A DNA stretch of 64,000 nucleotides from Opitutales bacterium (GTDB lineage Bacteria > Verrucomicrobiota > Verrucomicrobiia > Opitutales > JAFGAQ01), in assembly GCA_022361075.1 (NCBI GenBank), contig JAKSBQ010000466.1, positions 7,680 to 71,679 on the forward strand. Direction: 5' to 3'. Numbering within the stretch: the first letter of the stretch is position 1; every line of letters begins with the position of its first letter. This document shows, in pieces, positions 7,730 through 14,873 of this stretch. The translations under genes and the position numbers were made by a program. The notes below the pieces were generated by a model. It was given only the letters and a program-made list of their open reading frames with translations, was not told the origin of the DNA and ran no database searches.

Positions 7730-8248
7730 ATGGTGGATTTTGAACAAACAGCCCGTACAAATTACCAACGACTATACGCCTTCGCGTTGCAACTGACGCG
7801 AAATCCATCTGACGCCGAAGATCTAACTCAACATGCCTTTTACCGACTAGCCGTGCACATCCAGAATTTGAAAGAAGAAAACAAGGTCAAGAGTTGGCTG
7901 TATTCCACGCTCTACAGAAAATTCATCGATCAAAGGAGACGCACCGTCAAATTCCCATCCGTACAATTTGAGGAGACGACCAATCACGTAGAGGAAAACA
8001 CCAAGCGCCAAGAGCGGTTAGATCATCAAACGGTAAAGGAAATGCTCCTCAGCCTGGAAGAACACCTGCGCATCCCTCTGTCACTATTTTACATCGAACA
8101 CTACAGTTATAAAGAAATCTCGAAACTACTCGAGATACCCGTGGGAACCGTAATGTCGAGACTCCACCGAGGTAAGGCTGAGCTGTACCGTAAGCTCTCC
8201 GAAACACCAAATCAAAAGACTGGATCAACAGACACACCAACACGCTAA
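7730..8248 (+). CDS. ECF (sigma-70 group IV) RNA polymerase sigma factor
   Basis: Region 2 is YQRLYAFALQLTRNPSDAEDLTQHAFYRL....WLYSTLYRKFIDQRRR. Region 4 is the HTH YSYKEISKLLEIPVGTVMSRLHRGKAEL. I chose the start at MVDFEQ (7730) because the ORF-track start at 7688 lies inside promoter P2. Confidence 0.9.
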   Translation: MVDFEQTARTNYQRLYAFALQLTRNPSDAEDLTQHAFYRLAVHIQNLKEENKVKSWLYSTLYRKFIDQRRRTVKFPSVQFEETTNHVEENTKRQERLDHQTVKEMLLSLEEHLRIPLSLFYIEHYSYKEISKLLEIPVGTVMSRLHRGKAELYRKLSETPNQKTGSTDTPTR

Positions 8249-8254
8249 AGTAAG

Positions 8255-9055
8255 ATGAAAACAGATTACAAAGAATTACTCAGTGCTTATCGTCCCGATA
8301 CCGCAGATCAAAATGATCCACTTTTTGCGCAGGCACTTGAACAACTTGAGCACGATGTAGAACTCAAAGAATGGTTCGACGAACAAAAGGACATGGATGC
8401 TGAGATACGCGCTGCACTTTTGACTGATGATGCACCCGAGACACTTCTGGAAGATGTGCTTGAATTCGGTGCTGAAGTTAAGAAAAAGAATCGCAAAATC
8501 ATTCGTTTTTTTCAGCCAGCTCAACTTATGGCGATCGCTGCCTGTATTGCTCTGGTAGGAATATTCGCTTTCAAGGATTCCATCATCAACAATCAGATCA
8601 TTGGGTACCACTCCGCTCTTTCAAAAGTGGAGCAGAAAGAAACCTTTCGGGACGCGATGAGCCTATGGGTCGCCGACACCTTCATCGTGCTGGATCATTT
8701 CGCCGAAGAACCCGCCCAACTCGTAAACTATCTGGCTGACACCGGAAGTCCGGTTTTCGACGCAATACCTGCCAACCTCGAACAACTACCAACTCTGGGC
8801 TGCAAATCCTTCAAGTGGAAAGATCAAACAGTATCGCTCATTTGTTTCCATTCTCAGGAGGGTAAAATCGTGCACTTATTTGTTTTATCACCGTCGAACG
8901 AACCAACTGAAGCTATCGATCAAATGCATCAACTGCAGTTTCTACACGATCTGCCAAGCAAGGGTTGGTATGACGAAAACTCTAACAAGCAACACATGCT
9001 GGTTGGATCTGCACGCGACGTTTCACTGGATCAGTTTAATACCCAAATGATCTAG
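8255..9055 (+). CDS. Single-pass anti-sigma factor (putative), Cys-less N-terminal domain
   Basis: It starts 6 nt after the sigma gene. The helical N-terminus is DPLFAQALEQLEHDVELKEWFDEQKDMDAEIRAAL, in the position of an anti-sigma domain but without the HxxxCxxC zinc motif. There is one TM helix (LMAIAACIALVGIFAF) and a ~160-aa extracytoplasmic domain of unknown fold. Confidence 0.6.
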   Translation: MKTDYKELLSAYRPDTADQNDPLFAQALEQLEHDVELKEWFDEQKDMDAEIRAALLTDDAPETLLEDVLEFGAEVKKKNRKIIRFFQPAQLMAIAACIALVGIFAFKDSIINNQIIGYHSALSKVEQKETFRDAMSLWVADTFIVLDHFAEEPAQLVNYLADTGSPVFDAIPANLEQLPTLGCKSFKWKDQTVSLICFHSQEGKIVHLFVLSPSNEPTEAIDQMHQLQFLHDLPSKGWYDENSNKQHMLVGSARDVSLDQFNTQMI

Positions 9056-9220
9056 ATCGAAATGCTGGAGGGCATCCAACAAGATTTTCAATTAGACCCT
9101 CTTCTCGAATTGTTCAGTAAGGCTAATAAAGCGAATAACTGACTCAGCCTCCGTTGACTTGGAGCGCCTCAAGGGCTACTCAGGACCGCTTTTGTAAATT
9201 ACTTAAATTCGAGAATTAAA

Positions 9221-9790
9221 ATGTCTACAGAAGCAAAAGCTCAAGGAAACCCGGCAGTAGTTGGACTTGCTGGATTTGGAGTAACCACCCTACTCTTGCA
9301 ATTCCACAACGTGGGATGGTGTGGTGTGGGTCCCGTTCTGGCCCTCGCAATCATCTTCGGCGGTATCGCTCAGCTCATCGCTGGCTTTCAAGAATTCGAA
9401 TGTGGAAATAACTTCGGCTACAGCGCCTTTGTTGCCTATGGTGTTTTCTGGATCGCTTTTGGTATCATTCTGATCTGCAACCACTACGGAATCTACGCCT
9501 CTGACGGGAAAGATGTTGGCTGGTTCCTCATCGCTTTCACGGTTTACACCTTCATCATGTGGATCGCAGCCATGAGAGTCCACGGTATGATGGCCCTGAC
9601 GTTCACGCTGCTTCTCATCGGCTTCATCCTTTTAGATCTGGCCCATTTTGGCTTTCCCCAACTAACGGTAGTTGCGGGTTACGAGCTCATTGTTTGCTCA
9701 CTTTGTGCCCTCTACATGATGGCAAGTGTCATTTATCAACAAGTTTTCGGACGCGTGGTGCTACCGGTTGGCAAAGCCTGGTTGAGCTAG
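9221..9790 (+). CDS. satP: GPR1/FUN34/YaaH-family acetate/succinate channel
   Basis: N-terminal signature GNPAVVGLAGFGVTTLLLQFHNVGW (NPAPLGL-type motif), six hydrophobic helices, 189 aa. Confidence 0.85.
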   Translation: MSTEAKAQGNPAVVGLAGFGVTTLLLQFHNVGWCGVGPVLALAIIFGGIAQLIAGFQEFECGNNFGYSAFVAYGVFWIAFGIILICNHYGIYASDGKDVGWFLIAFTVYTFIMWIAAMRVHGMMALTFTLLLIGFILLDLAHFGFPQLTVVAGYELIVCSLCALYMMASVIYQQVFGRVVLPVGKAWLS

Positions 9791-9855
9791 TCTTCTTGGA
9801 CCATAGATCTTACCTTTTTGCTGGCACGAGGGTGCTCAGAATTCGCGGAGATATG

Positions 9856-10764
9856 TCAAACTCCCTTATTCCTTTTCGAAGTGATGATCAAACAAGCTAG
9901 GATCATCACTCCTCCAACGACAATCCCCATCCCCATCGTTTCTTCTTTGATAAACAAAGTCGACTCCACAACCCCACAGAGCGGAATCAAAAATCGATAG
10001 GTGGAAAGCACCTCTACGCTGTATTTTTCAACCATTCGGTTCCACAACGTGAACGCCACTGCCGAAACAAACGCGAGATAAGCGGTCACCCAAAGAGTCG
10101 TAAACGAAAACTTGCCCAGGTAGCTTTCCCATCCTGCCACAGCGACGACCAGAAGCATCACTCCTCCCGTGAATAGTGAAAAAGCAGTCGTGGTCCGGCT
10201 CCCGCAAACAGGAGCCACCTGTTTCATATAAATCGCAGCAACTGCACCCGACAGCGAAGCACAAAGGAAAGCGATTGATCCTATCAGAGCATTTCCACTC
10301 CCCGCTCCGGGAGCGTAAACAGCCAACGCGATCCCTATCGAACTGATTCCTAAAATCAACCACTGCCAACGATCCGGTTTGGGAGTTTTAAGGATGATTG
10401 GTCCCAACAAAATCCACCAAAAACTTCCCGTCCCGACAAGCAGTGCACCCAGAGTTCCGCTTGAAACGCGAAGTCCGTAGTAAAAAAATACGTATTGAAA
10501 GAAAGTTTGCCCTAATACGATCATCCCAACTTTCCAGGGAGTTCCTTTGCGAATCGAAGGGATGATGGACCGTCTGCAGAAAGGAACAATCATCAAACCT
10601 GCCAACAAAAACCTGCTTCCCGCAAAAACCAGCTGCTCGCTATAGGTCTCAAGATTGAGTTCCGAAAAACTAATTTTGATCACCGGGAACGCACTACCCC
10701 ACAGAGTCGAACAAATCAAAATCTGCACATAAAAAGAGAGAGGCAGGTAGTCGGCTTTTTTCAT
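9856..10764 (-). CDS. DMT superfamily (EamA-like) transporter
   Basis: 302 aa with ten hydrophobic segments in two EamA-like halves (LWGSAFPVIK...). Confidence 0.75.
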   Translation of the reverse strand: MKKADYLPLSFYVQILICSTLWGSAFPVIKISFSELNLETYSEQLVFAGSRFLLAGLMIVPFCRRSIIPSIRKGTPWKVGMIVLGQTFFQYVFFYYGLRVSSGTLGALLVGTGSFWWILLGPIILKTPKPDRWQWLILGISSIGIALAVYAPGAGSGNALIGSIAFLCASLSGAVAAIYMKQVAPVCGSRTTTAFSLFTGGVMLLVVAVAGWESYLGKFSFTTLWVTAYLAFVSAVAFTLWNRMVEKYSVEVLSTYRFLIPLCGVVESTLFIKEETMGMGIVVGGVMILACLIITSKRNKGV

Positions 10765-10821
10765 GAATATTTACCCTAAAGAACCAATAATATTTCCCAA
10801 CGCGAACCCAAATGAGTTCTC

Positions 10822-10880
10822 AAAAAGAAGGTAAAGAAGGAACTAAGGTGTTCTCCAATTTCTTCATTACTTTCATGTCC
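10822..10880. repeat. Inverted pair of GAAGG-rich ~28-bp intergenic repeats
   Basis: AAAAGAAGGTAAAGAAGGAACTAAGGTG (10822-10850) is followed directly by its imperfect complement TTCTCCAATTTCTTCATTACTTTCATGTCC (10851-10880). The same family occurs at 12956-13172. Confidence 0.7.
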
Positions 10881-10934
10881 GCAAAAAAAATAAGAATTCG
10901 AGCAAATTCGTGAGATTAGTGGTCGAAATCCAAC

Positions 10935-10986
10935 TATTTCGCTTTTTAACGAAATAAATCATTGACTATTTCGCAGATTAGCGAAA
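10935..10986 (+). promoter_or_regulatory. Two inverted-repeat operators upstream of arsR
   Basis: IR1 is TATTTCG-N8-CGAAATA (10935-10956). IR2 is TTTCGC-N6-GCGAAA (10969-10986). Both begin with the 9-mer CTATTTCGC (10934 and 10966, 32 bp apart). They lie immediately 5' of the arsR ATG at 10998. Confidence 0.55.
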
Positions 10987-10997
10987 CAAACGCTCTC

Positions 10998-11318
10998 ATG
11001 AATCAATTAGACGCAGTCGATACACTCAACCTGGCGGACATCTTCAAGGCTCTTGGACACCCGGCACGAGTGAGTTTCATCAAAAAACTCCATAACGGTG
11101 AAAAGTGTGTCTGCGATCTGGTGGAATGCGTCGATCTCGGATGGTCCACGGTCTCAAGACATCTCTCCGTGCTGAAAGAAGCGGGAATCATAGAGGACGA
11201 AAAACGAGGCCTTCAGGTGTTTTACAAACTTAAGCTACCTTGCGTCACCGAATTAATCCATTGTCTTGAAAACGACCTCTGCCAAACGAATTCAGAGAAC
11301 GACCGTGGATGTCGTTAA
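10998..11318 (+). CDS. arsR: ArsR/SmtB-family metalloregulatory repressor
   Basis: [54 protein letters not shown] shows the wHTH and the CVC metalloid-binding motif. I chose the ATG (MNQLDAV) because the TTG at 10962 overlaps the operator region. Confidence 0.9.
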   Translation: MNQLDAVDTLNLADIFKALGHPARVSFIKKLHNGEKCVCDLVECVDLGWSTVSRHLSVLKEAGIIEDEKRGLQVFYKLKLPCVTELIHCLENDLCQTNSENDRGCR

Positions 11319-11346
11319 GTTCTTTCAACTCAAATTACTCATCACC

Positions 11347-11790
11347 ATGAATAAACCAAAAATCCTAATTCTTTGCACCGGAAACTCCTGCCGAAGCCAC
11401 ATGGCCGAAGGCATATTGCGTCACGCAGCCGGTGATCTATTCGAGATTTACAGCGCAGGATCAAAGCCTGCAGGCTATGTCCACCCAAACGCAATTGAGG
11501 CACTTAAGGAGATCGGCATCGACATTTCGAATCACACGTCTAAACACCTTGATCAATTTCTGGAAGCGGGAATCCATGCTGTCATCACCGTCTGCGGAAA
11601 CGCGGATCAAGCCTGTCCAACCTTCCCCGGCATGGCAAATCGTTACCACTGGGGTTTCGAAGATCCTCCAAAGGCTCAACGTGAAGGCGAATCTGAAATG
11701 GACGCATTTCGCCGGATCCGCGACGAGATCCGAAAGGTCTTTGAAGCCTATGCGTCAGGGTATCGTGAAGCTTCTTCTTTGAGCAACTAA
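11347..11790 (+). CDS. arsC: Arsenate reductase, LMW-PTPase (thioredoxin-coupled) type
   Basis: [22 protein letters not shown] carries the CX5R P-loop, and distal cysteines occur in [13 protein letters not shown]. The start is the ATG at 11347; the ORF-track extension overlaps arsR. Confidence 0.9.
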   Translation: MNKPKILILCTGNSCRSHMAEGILRHAAGDLFEIYSAGSKPAGYVHPNAIEALKEIGIDISNHTSKHLDQFLEAGIHAVITVCGNADQACPTFPGMANRYHWGFEDPPKAQREGESEMDAFRRIRDEIRKVFEAYASGYREASSLSN

Positions 11791-11803
11791 AGGAAACATA
11801 ATC

Positions 11804-11980
11804 GTGAGTGGAACCGAAAAAAATACACCGAATCCATTGAAACCTGTGTCCGATAAGAAAGTCGGATTCTTCAAACGCATCGTGAGCAAATTAGACGATT
11901 CGATGAAGCTAAAAGCCGAAGAAAAGGCCCAAAACAGTTGCTGCGGAGGCAAGGATGGTAAGGGCGGAAAATGCTGCTAA
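11804..11980 (+). CDS. Small Cys-rich protein (58 aa; two vicinal Cys pairs at the C-terminus), unannotated
   Basis: It falls below the 60-aa ORF-track cutoff. GTG at 11804 lies 8 nt after AGGAA. My translation is [58 protein letters not shown]. The TAA at 11978-11980 overlaps the permease ATG at 11971. An internal ATG at 11903 would give a 25-aa version. Confidence 0.5.
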   Translation: MSGTEKNTPNPLKPVSDKKVGFFKRIVSKLDDSMKLKAEEKAQNSCCGGKDGKGGKCC

Positions 11981-12924
11981 AGTTTGTCGACCTTCTTGTC
12001 TATGAATGGGTTGGCTTTAATCCGGAATCACTACTCGGCAGGGCCATCCATTTCTTTGTCTACGACACGATCAAAATCTTCCTGCTACTAGCAGTGATGA
12101 TCTTTGTGATTGGAGTCATTCGGACTTATCTGCCTGAACACAAGCTTCGCCGGTGGATGGGTGCCGGAGGAGTTTTGGGAAATTTTATAGCGGCTCTTTT
12201 TGGAGCGATCACGCCTTTTTGCTCCTGCTCGTCGATCCCTATTTTCATCAGTTTGCTAAAAGCCGGGGTACCATTGGGCGTGACTTTCTCCTTTTTGGTC
12301 ACGTCTCCAATCATCAATGAGTATCTTGTTATTTTAATGGCTAGCGAGTTTGGAATTCCGATCACCGTCGCCTATGTGAGCAGCGGATTGATCATCGGCA
12401 CCGCAGCAGGAGCTATCCTGGGGAGAATGAAGCTCGAACACCTACTTGAGCACGACATCATCGACTCCGCACACGAAAAAGATGACGAGATTGAGCACAA
12501 CTGGACATCAAGATTACGTTTCGGATGGCACGAAGCGACCAGTGTCATCCGTCAGATCTGGATGTGGGTGCTCGTTGGAGTCGGAACCGGCGCAATCATC
12601 CACAATTACGTGCCTCAAGAGTATATTCACGGCCTGATGGATGCCACCGGCATATTCTCCGTTCCGATCGCCACCATCCTGGGCGTACCGATGTATGGGA
12701 GCTGCGCAGCCATCGTACCTATCGCTGTAGTTCTTTTCGAAAAGGGAATCCCCTTGGGAACCGCTCTGGCCTTCATGATGGCCATGGCAGCACTGAGTTT
12801 ACCAGAAGCCATCATGCTCCGCCGTGTGATGCGTCTGGGTTTGATCGCAATGTTTTTTGCCATCACCACAGTCGCAATCGTCGCAACGGGCTACCTTTTA
12901 AACTCACTTTCCAGCTTGATCTAG
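11971..12924 (+). CDS. COG0701-type permease (the family containing ArsP organoarsenical permeases)
   Basis: 317 aa, polytopic, with the conserved [13 protein letters not shown] cysteine motif. It is the last gene of the ars cassette. Confidence 0.75.
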   Translation: MLLKFVDLLVYEWVGFNPESLLGRAIHFFVYDTIKIFLLLAVMIFVIGVIRTYLPEHKLRRWMGAGGVLGNFIAALFGAITPFCSCSSIPIFISLLKAGVPLGVTFSFLVTSPIINEYLVILMASEFGIPITVAYVSSGLIIGTAAGAILGRMKLEHLLEHDIIDSAHEKDDEIEHNWTSRLRFGWHEATSVIRQIWMWVLVGVGTGAIIHNYVPQEYIHGLMDATGIFSVPIATILGVPMYGSCAAIVPIAVVLFEKGIPLGTALAFMMAMAALSLPEAIMLRRVMRLGLIAMFFAITTVAIVATGYLLNSLSSLI

Positions 12925-12955
12925 GAGACTCCGAGCAAACGCCAAAATAGGGAAT

Positions 12956-13172
12956 TCACATGAAGGAATCGTAGAGAGTGAAGGTTAGATGAGATAATGC
13001 GCTAGGTCACTAGTGCAATATTCGTCGGGATAGCGAGGAGTTACTCCAACCCAATTGAATACATCTTTTTTCAAATTTTCACTTCCTTCATTACCTTCAT
13101 GTGAAAATGGATATTCTTAAACCAGAGATTGAATTTTGGATATCACATGAAGGTATTGAAGAAAGTGAAGGG
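12956..13172. repeat. Three further GAAGG-rich ~29-bp repeats in alternating orientation
   Basis: A is at 12956-12984: TCACATGAAGGAATCGTAGAGAGTGAAGG. B is at 13076-13104: TTTTCACTTCCTTCATTACCTTCATGTGA, in reverse orientation. C is at 13143-13172: TCACATGAAGGTATTGAAGAAAGTGAAGGG. B and C form a ~29-bp inverted pair around a 38-bp loop. Confidence 0.75.
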
Positions 13173-13269
13173 TGAATCATTCAAAATGACGCTCTGAAAA
13201 AAGAGAACTTATTCACTTTCTTTCCAGAGAAGATTCCTTTATCCATTTAGTCCTAAGTTTAACCCCCGA

Positions 13270-13288
13270 TGATCAGAGTTTCTGATCA
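13270..13288. promoter_or_regulatory. Perfect palindrome TGATCAGA-N3-TCTGATCA, candidate operator
   Basis: 8-bp arms at 13270-13277 and 13281-13288, ending 10 nt before the ATG at 13298 of the GH43 gene. Confidence 0.35.
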
Positions 13289-13297
13289 AAATCAAAA

Positions 13298-14873
13298 ATG
13301 AAATACCCTAGGAAACTCATTTCCCTCGCGCTTGGAATCATTGCGTCAACACTTTGCGCAGACTCCGCTCAAAGTTACAAAGCTGAAAACCAATGGACCG
13401 CAGACCTTGGCAACGGCTTTTACAAAAACCCAGTTCTCATAGGCGGCTGGGGTGACCCGACAGCCGTCAAGGTTGGTGAAGACTACTACATGGCCTACAG
13501 CCCAGGCAACCAGATCATGTTCTGGCACAGCCGTGACTTGGTAAACTGGAAACCCATCGCCCGTCACTCGCTCGGGCCAGAATTTGAAACGATCTGGGCC
13601 ATCGACATGGTCTACTTTGATGGCAAATTTCATGTTTACATGCCCATAGGAGAGTATCCGGGCAAAACAGAAGCAGAGAAAAATCATCGCTATTTCAAAT
13701 CAGTCTGGGTGATCACTGCCGAGCATCCAACTGGAGAATGGAGCAGCCCGATCCGGGTAGATCGTCACTACAATCCTGATCCTTTTTACACCGGTATCGA
13801 TCCGGGATTCATCCAAACTCCTGAGGGTGAAAAATACCTCTACGTCGACAACGGCTTCATGATGCCACTTTCGGACGACGGTCTTTCGTCTACAGCCATG
13901 GCGACAGTAGTCTACGAAGGATGGGATTATCCAGATGACTGGGTGGTTCAATGTAAATGCCTCGAAAGTCCGAAACTCTTTTACAAAGACGGCTACTACT
14001 ACATCGTTTCAGCAATGGGAGGAACCTCAGGTCCCGACTGCGCACATGGGAACTGTTGCAAGAGCAACCTCCCCCATCGGTCCCTGGGAGGAGTCTCCGT
14101 TCAACCCACTCGTGCACACCTACTCTGAGGACGAACCGTGGTGGCATCAGGGACATCCAACCATTCTCGAAGGCCCGGAGGGCAATTGGTATACACTCTA
14201 CCCTGCCCGTCCTGCGTGGTATACAGGGATGGGAAAACAAACGATTCTCATGCCGTTAGAGTGGACCCAAGATGGCTGGCCTGTCGTCGCCAACGGTTTC
14301 AAACCCTGGGAAATCCTCCCGAAACCCAAAGGGGGTGAAAATTCCGGCCATGGAATGACCCTATCCGATGATTTTGAGGGTGAGCTTGGCATCCAATGGA
14401 ACGTCCCTGATCCTTACGTCGATTTACTGAAATCAGGCCAGGGTAAACTCGTGATGACCGCAAGCGGGGACGACTCCAAATCCGCCACGCAAATTGTCGT
14501 CAACGCGACCAACCACAGCTTCGAAGCGACAGTTGAAGTAAAAATCGAAGGGGATGTTACAGCAGGTCTTGTTTTCGGAAATCACGAAGGACTGCGCACC
14601 AACGGGAAAACCATCTCCTACAACTCCGACGAAGACTGGCGTATTCGCGACTCCGACATCGAGGTAGAGTCTAGAGATCGGATTTTTCTAAAAATTCGCA
14701 ACTACCGACAAAACCTCTCTTTCTACGGAAGCTTGGACGGAGAAAACTGGACTCATTTCCAAAACGGCGTTCGCTCAGGCGACTATCGTATTCGTCTATT
14801 TGCCGCCGGAGAAGGAAAAGCGGTTTTCAAAAACTTCCGCTATCTTGGGTTGGAGTCGATGTTTAGCGAATAA
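13298..14873 (+). pseudogene. GH43 glycoside hydrolase with C-terminal concanavalin-like domain, interrupted by a +1 frameshift near 14033-14036
   Basis: ORF 13298-14128 carries the signal peptide and propeller (NPVLIGGWGDPTAVKVGEDYYM..SRDLVNWKP..WAIDMVYFDGKFHVY..CLESPKLFYKDGYYYIVSAMGGTSGP). The homology continues in the +1 frame of ORF 13935-14873 (TAHMGTVARATSPIGPWEESPFNPLVHT...). Removing one C from GGTCCCGAC (14030-14038) restores GGTSGPTAHMGTVARA. Confidence 0.75.

Noticed and set aside
11755-11952. 65-aa minus-strand ORF between arsC and the permease
   Set aside because: It is antisense to the operon and has no RBS or context. The plus-strand Cys-rich ORF, with an SD and stop-start overlap, explains the region better.
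12525-12950. Long alternative-frame and antisense ORFs inside real genes (for example 12525-12950, 25056-25550, 41507-42263, 38573-39079)
   Set aside because: They lie within genes that have strong family signatures, are Arg/Ser/Pro-rich with low complexity, and lack start context. These are typical shadow ORFs.
12949-12975. A further GGGAAT hexamer as a fifth ECF promoter
   Set aside because: The nearest CGT lies 14 nt downstream rather than 16 nt and reads CGTA. The hexamer also adjoins and partly overlaps the GAAGG repeat copy A.
10822-13172. The ars cassette as a bona fide mobile element
   Set aside because: There is no transposase, integrase or recognisable target-site duplication in the window. 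The flanking repeats may be generic REP-like elements. I keep it only as a hypothesis in the findings.
13935-14873. 312-aa ORF as an independent gene
   Set aside because: Its first ~30 codons overlap the upstream ORF without their own homology. The GH43 similarity simply switches frame near 14033, so I treat the two ORFs as one frameshifted gene.
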